A DNA stretch of 64,000 nucleotides from Kiritimatiellia bacterium (GTDB taxonomy: Bacteria > Verrucomicrobiota > Kiritimatiellia > RFP12 > UBA1067), in contig JAFSMR010000032.1 of assembly GCA_017447805.1 (NCBI GenBank), positions 84,803 through 148,802 of the forward strand. Reading direction: 5' to 3'. Position numbers and translations under genes: made by a program. Below, in pieces: positions 57,257 to 64,000 of this stretch (the first letter of the stretch is position 1; every line of letters starts with the position of its first letter). The notes under the pieces are model-generated. The model did no database searches. It was not told the DNA's origin and saw only the letters and a list, made by a program, of their open reading frames with translations.

Positions 57257-57461
57257 CGCGAGTAGGTTCAAAAATTTGAGGCTACTTGCGCCCAGGGCGC
57301 AAACAGGTTCAGAAATTTGAGGCTACCTTCGCCCAAGGCGCGAGTAGGTTCAAAATTTTGACGCTACCTTCGCCCAGGGCGCGAGTAGGTTCAAAATTTT
57401 GACGCTACCTTCGCCCAGGGCGCAAGTAGCGTCAAAAAATAGAACCTACTTTCGTCCAAGA
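57257..57461. repeat. tandem array of 5 x 41 bp, each unit carrying a ~24-bp palindrome (GTAGGTTCAAAATTTTGACGCTAC) and a CGCCCAGGGCG palindrome
   Basis: Units lie at 57257, 57298, 57339, 57380 and 57421. Units 3 and 4 are identical. The array is related, in inverse orientation, to 22820-22886. Confidence 0.9.
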
Positions 57462-57467
57462 AATCAA

Positions 57468-57607
57468 TTAGAAATTAGAAATTAGGAATTATGAATTATG
57501 ATTAAACAACCTCTGCGCCTTGAGCGCTTCTCGGGTTAAACACCTGTTTCTCCTGTTCTCCATGCTTAATCATAAAAAATAAACAATTCCTAATTTCTAA
57601 TTTCTAA
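57468..57607. mobile_element. MITE-like unit or long stem-loop: perfect 23-bp inverted repeats flanking a 94-bp conserved core
   Basis: TTAGAAATTAGAAATTAGGAATT (57468-57490) is the exact reverse complement of AATTCCTAATTTCTAATTTCTAA (57585-57607). The core contains AACAACCTCTGCGCCTTGAGCGC and CTCCTGTTCTCCATGCTTAATCATAAAA, modules also present at 20627-20800 (reverse complement), 41043-41079 and 52566-52620. Confidence 0.6.
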
Positions 57608-57616
57608 ATCCTAATT

Positions 57617-58627
57617 TCAACTTTCTGCGGTTCCGCCACCGAGATACCCCTTGACCGCCTTGTCAAAATCAGACTTCAATTGACGCATTTCTCGCTGACG
57701 GTAGATGGCAAATTCCCGCTCGGCCTTTTGCATTGCCTCCTCATGCGAGACCTTCCCCTTTCCGCTCAATAGACTTGCCCGCAGCCGCTTCAACTGGTCG
57801 TCCAATGCAGCCACCCAATCCGACATGGACATAGGCTCTTCCGACAACGCCTTGTATTCGGCAAAGTCCAGAAACTGCGAGACAAGGAGATTCAATCGCG
57901 ACAACTCATTTTCCGTAAGATAGTTCTTCGCGATGCGAACATCGTCCCGCGTGACATAGTCGCCCTTGAATGTCATCATGCCGACATTGGGCTTTTCGTT
58001 GTCAACGCGCTCGTAGATCACCTCAGCCGCCGTATGTTCATGTACGGCATAGTGCATCTTGTTCTGGACGGTCGCAAAGAACTCGCGTGTAATATCCGCG
58101 CGCGGATCATAGTCGGTCGCCGTCGCATAGACATCCGTCACCTGCTGATAGAAGTTTCGTTCGCTTGACCGAATGTCGCGGATGCGCTGCAACAGTTCCT
58201 TGAAATACCGGTTTCCGCCCTCCTTCAGCCGTTCATCCTCCAGCGCAAAGCCCTTTTGGATTAATTCATGCAAGCGAACAGTCGCCCACTGGCGAAAGCG
58301 GATGGCAATCGGGCTGTCAATGCGATAGCCCAGGGCGATTATCATGTCGAGGTTGTAGTGGTCAACATGGCGGCCAATCGACCTTGTGCCCTCGGTTTGA
58401 ACTGTCAAGTATTTCTTGACAGTTCGATTTCGGTCAAGTTCCCCAGAGCCATAAATTGCCATTGTGTGCTGATTTATGTTCTGTTTTGTCGTATTGAACA
58501 GATCGGCCAACTGCTTTTGCGTCAGCCAGACATCGTTGTCCTCGAACCGTGCCACGACAGCCGGCTTCCCTTTAACCGTGCCATAGACGGCGAACCGTCC
58601 AGGCAGACTTATGTTTTCATCACTCAT
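57617..58627 (-). CDS. rhuM: RhuM-family protein (full length)
   Basis: ARFEDNDVWLTQKQLADLFNTTKQNINQH..., LGYRIDSPIAIRFRQWAT, IRSSERNFYQQVTDVYATATDYD and AKNYLTENELSRLN are typical RhuM blocks. ATG 58627 follows an AAGGAG SD. Confidence 0.8.
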   Translation of the reverse strand: MSDENISLPGRFAVYGTVKGKPAVVARFEDNDVWLTQKQLADLFNTTKQNINQHTMAIYGSGELDRNRTVKKYLTVQTEGTRSIGRHVDHYNLDMIIALGYRIDSPIAIRFRQWATVRLHELIQKGFALEDERLKEGGNRYFKELLQRIRDIRSSERNFYQQVTDVYATATDYDPRADITREFFATVQNKMHYAVHEHTAAEVIYERVDNEKPNVGMMTFKGDYVTRDDVRIAKNYLTENELSRLNLLVSQFLDFAEYKALSEEPMSMSDWVAALDDQLKRLRASLLSGKGKVSHEEAMQKAEREFAIYRQREMRQLKSDFDKAVKGYLGGGTAES

Positions 58628-58715
58628 CAAAACTCCTTTCCTTTGTCTCTCCCGTTGGCATATCCGCTCCTTCAGCTCGCACTGGAATTATACCATACCT
58701 CGCTTCATCACCACA

Positions 58716-60758
58716 TCAACCCAATCGACATGAGGGATAATCGGCGCCATGGCATCTATCAACTGATATTATGGGCACATCCGCCGACCGGACCAATTCA
58801 ACTTCATCAAGAATCTTCATGAGGTTTCGCTTTGCTTTCTCAGTCTGCCGAAGATCGGCGATCAAGGCCTTCCACTCGCCGCGCCTTCCCTGTCGCTCCA
58901 TGACAGGCCGCATGCGCTTGAGCGCATCGCCTATCTGGTCATAGTACGCATTGCCCACTTTCCCTCGATTGGCGTCCACGAGTCCGCGCCAGATTGCGAT
59001 GGCGTCATCCGGCAACACCTTCGCCACCTTGTCGGCAACCATCCATCCTTGATCGCTCTCCGTTCCCCTTGACCACCAGCCCTTCCGTTCACCTGGGTTG
59101 CCCTGGGCATGATAGAACCTTACGGCGTCTTCCATTTGCCTCTCATGGAGAGAAATCTCCACGAGAACCCAGTAAAGCGGAAAAGTCGCATGTCTGGAGA
59201 CCTTCGTGCTTCCCGTCGCCGGAAGCGGCCAGCGGTTCTTCTTTTCGTCCCACGGCAAAACGCCGGATTCAAGGAACTTCAAGACATGCGACCGCACAGC
59301 GTCCGTCACGCCTGCCTTTTGCGCGAACGAGATTATCGTTTTGTAGTTGTCGAGACACGGTGTATTGAAGAATTGATCCGCGACGTATGCACAGGCCTCG
59401 GCCTTGTCGCCAAGCCCCCCTGCGATTTCTACCATTCTCTTGCGGAGTTCCTCGGCTCCGTACTCGTCGCCGTTCCTGAGTCCGCGCAGACACCATTCCC
59501 TTGCCTCCCTCAGATCTCCCCCGGCCATCAATTCCTTGACGAGAGAATTGTAGTCGCCCGTCTTTGCGACGGCATTCTTCTTGAAGTCGGCGACTTCACC
59601 GCCGCGGCCCGCAAAGCGCAACGCCTTCTCGGCCATCTTCGACAGATTCCCGCCCACAAACGAAACCCCGCCACAAACGTCTCCCTGTGCAGAAAGCTCT
59701 TTTGCAAGTTCGTCGGCGACTTTCGACCATGCGGACTTTGAAACCTTGCTTGGCGTGTCCCATACTCCGCCTATTCCCTCGTAGAAGCAGTATTCATCGC
59801 CATCATGCAGTTTGCGGAACCAAAGGATCTTCTCGACATCCGGCATGTCCGACCGCACGACGGCATTGGCTATGACCTCCATGCACCCTTCTGCCTCGCA
59901 GCCGATCTGCCCTTCGTCGTTCTCCGACATCATCATCTGGTTGACAGAGCGCTTCGTCAGGTAGTCGGCAAGTGCAATCAACCTGTCATACGCCTTCAGC
60001 TCCAATAGCCTTTCCAGAAAACGCTGCGCCTCGGAATAGTCGGGGTATATGGATCTGTCGCGATCCCCCCAGTGGTAGAAACGGCAGGCGTATGCCGTCG
60101 CATCGCGAATTGCCGCCTTTGCCTTCGTGGCAAGTGTCTCCACATCTGACTTCGCAAGTGTGATTCGTCGCTGCAACTCGGTGCGTACAATCCCGTATGT
60201 ATCCACGATTTCAAACAATAGCTCGCGGCATCCGTCGTTTGAAAGAGCGGCGATGTAATCTCGCACCGGGTCTTTTTTCGTTGAAGCCCTTGACCCTTCG
60301 GGCGGGGGCGACGCCGCAACGCCATCTTCGGCATTCTCTTCATCAGACAATTCATCATCCAACAATTCTTCGTCGAGTGAAAGTCCCTCAAGCCGTTCGT
60401 CGTCCGGTGCAATGCGTACCGGCGGCTTGCCGCTCTTGATTTCGTCAATGACTTTCAGAGCAAGCGCGACTGCATGCTTGCACTCGAATCCAACAGGACA
60501 CGAACAGTACGAACTGAGCTTGCCGTCCTTGCCAAACCATATCTTTGTGGCGTATTCCTGCCCTCCCTGCACAGACGCTATCACAGCACCCTTGTCGTCC
60601 AACCCGATCCGGGACACTTCGGAAACATACCCCTTGCCCCTTGAAACGGCCTTTTTCCCGGCAAAAGATTCAAGGTCCATCCATGTCAATGTCGCAAAAC
60701 GCCCGTCGTACGAGAGTTGTACCTTGCCATCTCCGTCTTTTTTAGCTTTCTTCCTCAT
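58716..60758 (-). CDS. SWIM zinc-finger protein with acidic linker and long alpha-helical-repeat C-terminal region (function unknown)
   Basis: SWIM signature CSCPVGFECKHAVAL (CxCx..CxH) at aa ~85-100. Acidic tract DDERLEGLSLDEELLDDELSDEENAEDG. About 500 aa of helical-looking sequence end in ...EWKALIADLRQTEKAKRNLMKILD. Confidence 0.8.
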   Translation of the reverse strand: MRKKAKKDGDGKVQLSYDGRFATLTWMDLESFAGKKAVSRGKGYVSEVSRIGLDDKGAVIASVQGGQEYATKIWFGKDGKLSSYCSCPVGFECKHAVALALKVIDEIKSGKPPVRIAPDDERLEGLSLDEELLDDELSDEENAEDGVAASPPPEGSRASTKKDPVRDYIAALSNDGCRELLFEIVDTYGIVRTELQRRITLAKSDVETLATKAKAAIRDATAYACRFYHWGDRDRSIYPDYSEAQRFLERLLELKAYDRLIALADYLTKRSVNQMMMSENDEGQIGCEAEGCMEVIANAVVRSDMPDVEKILWFRKLHDGDEYCFYEGIGGVWDTPSKVSKSAWSKVADELAKELSAQGDVCGGVSFVGGNLSKMAEKALRFAGRGGEVADFKKNAVAKTGDYNSLVKELMAGGDLREAREWCLRGLRNGDEYGAEELRKRMVEIAGGLGDKAEACAYVADQFFNTPCLDNYKTIISFAQKAGVTDAVRSHVLKFLESGVLPWDEKKNRWPLPATGSTKVSRHATFPLYWVLVEISLHERQMEDAVRFYHAQGNPGERKGWWSRGTESDQGWMVADKVAKVLPDDAIAIWRGLVDANRGKVGNAYYDQIGDALKRMRPVMERQGRRGEWKALIADLRQTEKAKRNLMKILDEVELVRSADVPIISVDRCHGADYPSCRLG

Positions 60759-60776
60759 TTCCTTCTCCTGTCAGTT

Positions 60777-61454
60777 TCACCACCCTTTGCGACGCTTGAT
60801 ACTAAAGGCGGCGCGGCGGGCGGAATCAATGACTTTCACAAGCCGCGATTCAAGATCCGCAGAATCCGACGCGAGGTCGAGCATCGAATACACCGCCTTG
60901 TCCCACGCCTCTCCTCTAGCCTCGGTGCGGGCGGCGTGCATCCGTTCGCGGACGCCGCCGTGCGCCTTGAAGTCCTCCTCCTGCCACTTCAACATCTTGT
61001 CGAGCATGTAGCGGCTTTGCTGGATTACGACAATCATCAAGTTGCAGAGTGTCTCTGCCGGACGCGACTCGAAAATCGGCTTCCAGTCGTCCCACTCGGC
61101 ATGGGCCTTGGCGAAATCGCGTGCCGCCGTTTTCTTCTCGCTCGTCATCGGCCATTCGGCGGCGTTATGCGACTTGAGGTAGTCGAGATAGTCCTCGAGA
61201 AGTTCGTCAAGCGTGGCGCGGGCGACATTTGTCAGCTTGATCTGCGTTTCAAGGCTCGTGCCCGCCGCCGCGCTGCCCTCGGCGATATTCTGCTTGCAGC
61301 TGCGCGCGGCCTGCGTCATCTGATCGACAGTGCGGTCGCCGTGAGCCGGAAGAAACCGGCGGCAGAACGCGACCGTGCCCTGGTAGATGACATCGCTCTT
61401 CTTGTAAACGATCAGGTTCTTGTAGCCGGAGTGCGGCAAGATGATCTTGGTCAT
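60777..61454 (-). CDS. four-helix-bundle protein (23S rRNA intervening-sequence protein family) with C-terminal extension
   Basis: YKKSDVIYQGTVAFCRRFL...QMTQAARSCKQNIAEGSA...ARATLDELLEDYLDYL fits the four-helix-bundle family often embedded in R-M/defence loci (recall). Confidence 0.7.
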   Translation of the reverse strand: MTKIILPHSGYKNLIVYKKSDVIYQGTVAFCRRFLPAHGDRTVDQMTQAARSCKQNIAEGSAAAGTSLETQIKLTNVARATLDELLEDYLDYLKSHNAAEWPMTSEKKTAARDFAKAHAEWDDWKPIFESRPAETLCNLMIVVIQQSRYMLDKMLKWQEEDFKAHGGVRERMHAARTEARGEAWDKAVYSMLDLASDSADLESRLVKVIDSARRAAFSIKRRKGW

Positions 61455-61467
61455 GCGGCGGCTCCTA

Positions 61468-61683
61468 TAGGGGAGGGGAAAGAGATAAAAGGGATGGAAG
61501 GGAAATAAGGGATAACAGGGAGGAAAGCGATAGTGGGCGCAATTGGGCAGGGCAGGGTGGCAAGGCTGGGCGAGGCGCTATCAAAGCCCGCCCTAATCTC
61601 TTTTATCGCTTTTATCCCTTTCATCCCTGCAATCCCTTCTATCGCTATCCCTTATATCGCTTTTCTCCCTTTTATCCCTTCCT
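61468..61683. repeat. strand-asymmetric 9-bp-periodic repeat arms (purine-rich left, pyrimidine-rich right) around a GC-rich core
   Basis: The left arm is GATAAAAGG GATGGAAGG GAAATAAGG GATAACAGG GAGGAAAGC GATAG. The right arm is CTCTTTTAT CGCTTTTAT CCCTTTCAT CCCTGCAAT CCCTTCTAT CGCTATCCC... The arms share the words GGGATAAAAGG and AAGCGATA in inverted orientation. The right arm includes the MTase stop codon. Confidence 0.7.
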
Positions 61684-64000
61684 GTGCCGCGAGGCGTCGA
61701 GAGCCCAAATCTTTTCGGCAACATAGGTGGATTCAGCCTTGGTGAGTTTGGCGAGGGTGCAGAGCTGGGCGTTGATGTCGCCGCTGAAATCTATCAAGCC
61801 GCCGGCCTTTTTCCAATCGGCAAAATACGGCACTTCTTTTGCCAGTGTCGTTAATGCTTCATCGGTCATGAGAAAGAGGAAGCGAACCAGATAAGACTGA
61901 CAGAACTTAAAGAAATTCTCCGCCTCCTGTTTCGTCTTGAACATCCCAAGCGCCACACGCGAACGACCAAAGGCAGAATGATTATCCAACAGTTCAAGCT
62001 GCCAGTCTCGCTTCTGGCCTCCGGCGTTCGCGCTTGAAACAACAACCTTCCACAAGTCAATCGCCGCGTTGTTCTCCTTTATCGCCGAACGCTTGATGAC
62101 ATACCATGTCGAACGCCCAGCCTTGCCCGCCTTGTCGTTGGCGAGAAGTTTTGCTTCCTTCGCCCAATCCACGCTCATGCCCTTAACATAAGGTCTAACA
62201 AGCTTGGGATTATTGGCAACAAAATCGCTTTCTATGCCAAAGAACGAACGCGGAAGAATCTTATCGTTCAGATTGCCAAGACCATTCGCCGCGCAAAATG
62301 CCCTGACTTTCGCAAGTATCGCCCCGTCGCGAGGATTCAGCGGCATCAAGTTGTACCCCGGATTCTGCATCTCGCACGACTGAACCTTGCCATCCTTATG
62401 ATAGATGTAACGGAAGCCAGTCGCCGTCTTGCGCATGTCTTTAAGCACGATCGAAAGGCCATCCGCTATCGCAACAGATCCTGGGAAAAGATCGCCAGAA
62501 TCCGCCCAGAAATGAATCTCTGCAAGGTGAGGATCGTTAATTTGCCTAAGACCAAATTCCTCCATGCCCTTACCCGAGCGATGAATCCACCTTGCCCCAG
62601 GGTAAATCAACGAGGTGAAACCTGCAGAAACCTCATCCGCAGCGAGCTGAAAGAATTGGAAGATGCTAGATCTCGGCGCTTGACCATTTGTCTCCGACTC
62701 CTTTTTCGCCGTCTCAATCTGATATGGCGGGTTGCCAACTACTGCATCGAACTTGAGCATCTTCATTTCAAACTCCTTGTTATTCCAGGCGTTGCCGCCA
62801 CAGACCTTGTTGTAAAACTTCTTTGGATTCGTCTTGAGAACTTCGACGAGGTTCTTGAAATACTGCGTGTTGACCGAGGCCTTTTCGTCGTAACCGACAA
62901 GCGTGCGCTTTGTGATCGTCGCGGCCATTTCCGTTTTGCACACGACGAACAGCGAACGAGCGACCACCTCGCGCCAGAGCTTGGCAAGCTCAGTCGGCTT
63001 TACAGCGTCTTCTGACACCTCGCCAAGTTTCCGGCGATAGAGCGAATACGCCACATAAAGCGGATAGAGTCCGCTCTTGGAGTTGATCTCCAGTATTTTT
63101 GAATCCGGTTTCCCGAAGACATCTTGCGTCACGCCATCGTGCGACACATGGCGCGGCAAATCCTCAAGCGGCTTTTCAAAGTTCTCATCGTAAAAGCACC
63201 AGCCGCCGATCGTGTCGGCAAGATGCATGTTCACGACGCGCCACGGCATCAGGACCGTTTCCTTGTCGGGATTCTTGAAATAGCTGAATATCTTTGCAAT
63301 CTGCTGGACGCGGCGCGTGGGCGGCAACTTGTCCGCGCTCTTTGCAAGCTTGCGAATCTGGGTGCCGGCCTCGGCAAACACATCCGCATCGTAGTATTCG
63401 ACGAACTTCTTGAAGATAGCCTTTGTCACTCCCTGCGGCATGAACTCCGCCCAAGATTCATCATCGACGAGAGTCGGAAACTCCGAAATGGAAATCACCT
63501 TTTCTATCGGAACATCCGCGCCGTAGATGAGAAGCGGCATGCGGATGGAAATGGCGCGGAGGATGAGAATGGCGTTCTTCTTCTCCTCGCGGCGACGCTT
63601 CATCTCTTCGCGGGCGGCGCGCTCCTCTTCGGAGAATTCGCGGCGGTCGCGGGGCGACAGCCCTACCGATTCATGTTTCTCTTCGTCGAAGTCATTTTGG
63701 TTGACATAGACGGTGTCCGCCATCTTTGTCTGCTTTGACGAGCCGACAATCTTGCGAAGGTCTTCGAACTTTCTGAGGTCGATGTCAGTCAACTCAAGGA
63801 GGCGATTGGAATAGAGAGAGCTATCGTCGAAGCCGCTCAGGATCGTCTTCATCACGAAGATGTGCTTGATGGACGCCATCATCTTCTTGACGTCGTGGGC
63901 TTCCATCTTCGTGCCGGAGATGGAGATCACCGGGCAGTAGTTCAGGAACTCCCCGAGAATGCGCCGCCCCTTCGCTTCCGCCCAGTCGTTCTTCGAGACA
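61672..64000 (-). CDS. N6-adenine DNA methyltransferase domain protein, C-terminal ~775 aa of a larger (probably helicase/restriction-fused) enzyme; 5' end outside the window
   Basis: The frame stays open to the window edge (VSKNDWAEAKGRRILGEFLNYCPVISISGTK...). It has the motif IV FDAVVGNPPYQ, followed by a long presumptive target-recognition region. The upstream part resembles the C-terminal portions of type IIG/ISP/III-like fusion enzymes. Confidence 0.75.
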   Translation of the reverse strand, partial: VSKNDWAEAKGRRILGEFLNYCPVISISGTKMEAHDVKKMMASIKHIFVMKTILSGFDDSSLYSNRLLELTDIDLRKFEDLRKIVGSSKQTKMADTVYVNQNDFDEEKHESVGLSPRDRREFSEEERAAREEMKRRREEKKNAILILRAISIRMPLLIYGADVPIEKVISISEFPTLVDDESWAEFMPQGVTKAIFKKFVEYYDADVFAEAGTQIRKLAKSADKLPPTRRVQQIAKIFSYFKNPDKETVLMPWRVVNMHLADTIGGWCFYDENFEKPLEDLPRHVSHDGVTQDVFGKPDSKILEINSKSGLYPLYVAYSLYRRKLGEVSEDAVKPTELAKLWREVVARSLFVVCKTEMAATITKRTLVGYDEKASVNTQYFKNLVEVLKTNPKKFYNKVCGGNAWNNKEFEMKMLKFDAVVGNPPYQIETAKKESETNGQAPRSSIFQFFQLAADEVSAGFTSLIYPGARWIHRSGKGMEEFGLRQINDPHLAEIHFWADSGDLFPGSVAIADGLSIVLKDMRKTATGFRYIYHKDGKVQSCEMQNPGYNLMPLNPRDGAILAKVRAFCAANGLGNLNDKILPRSFFGIESDFVANNPKLVRPYVKGMSVDWAKEAKLLANDKAGKAGRSTWYVIKRSAIKENNAAIDLWKVVVSSANAGGQKRDWQLELLDNHSAFGRSRVALGMFKTKQEAENFFKFCQSYLVRFLFLMTDEALTTLAKEVPYFADWKKAGGLIDFSGDINAQLCTLAKLTKAESTYVAEKIWALDASRHRKG

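Noticed and set aside
57257-57461. CRISPR hypothesis for the 41-bp array
   Set aside because: The units abut each other with no spacers at all, so it is a simple tandem repeat.
60717-61508. 263-aa plus-strand ORF
   Set aside because: It is antisense to the four-helix-bundle gene and runs into the purine-rich repeat. It has no motifs.
61596-61683. DnaA-box cluster / replication origin (TTATCCCTT 9-mers)
   Set aside because: Only 6 of 9 positions match TTATCCACA, the CACA part is missing in every copy, there is no AT-rich unwinding element or dnaA/dnaN nearby, and the location is inside an accessory cluster.
61533-61745. 70-aa plus-strand ORF with IPF/IPA/IPS tripeptide repeats
   Set aside because: The periodicity is a by-product of the 9-bp DNA repeat. 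The ORF overlaps the MTase gene end on the opposite strand and has no SD.

Overview
This 64-kb window is a bacterial chromosome segment from a diderm organism, because LPS and outer-membrane genes are present. A giant secreted protein with autotransporter-associated beta-strand repeats and a V-ATPase operon carrying a DUF2764-like gene weakly suggest the PVC group (Lentisphaerae, Verrucomicrobia or Kiritimatiellia), but this is only a guess. All family calls come from reading motifs in the supplied translations; no searches were run. Most of the window is housekeeping. 1-11.6 kb (minus strand) holds a Ser/Thr kinase fragment, lepB, guaB, cysE, a metX-metW fusion, thrS, valS, an exonuclease and an lpxC-like gene. 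gpmI and a sigma-54 activator follow. 15.1-20.6 kb is an LPS-core/heptose cluster (GT9, hldE, gmhB, phosphoethanolamine transferase, GT2). 23.1-27.8 kb (minus strand) is the classic tRNA-Thr, tuf, rpmG, tRNA-Trp, secE, nusG, rplKAJL block. 29.1-32.0 kb holds only three V-type ATPase genes (E, DUF2764-like, A). A gltD-like oxidoreductase, a 2478-aa secreted giant protein, and rubredoxin plus a flavin-reductase-rubredoxin fusion come next. 42.2-52.6 kb is one translationally coupled operon, mreB-mreC-mreD-mrdA-rodA-rng-lptD-lpxK. There are three accessory regions. (i) 20.6-23.1 kb is a small islet at the position where rpoBC normally follows rplL. It contains a 5 x 42-bp array and three coupled genes that look degraded or chimeric. 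(ii) 52.6-57.6 kb has a RhuM-N-domain protein and a 1054-aa secreted protein. (iii) 57.6-64.0 kb (minus strand) is the best candidate for an undescribed system. It is a co-directional cluster of a helicase/N6-MTase fusion (partial), a four-helix-bundle protein, a 680-aa SWIM zinc-finger/helical-repeat protein and RhuM. A second striking feature is an abundant modular family of intergenic repeats. It combines short CT-initial word arrays (CTGAAC, CTAATTY, CTACAA), GC hairpins, 41/42-bp palindrome-bearing tandem arrays and a MITE-like unit, and it brackets many transcription units and both islands.
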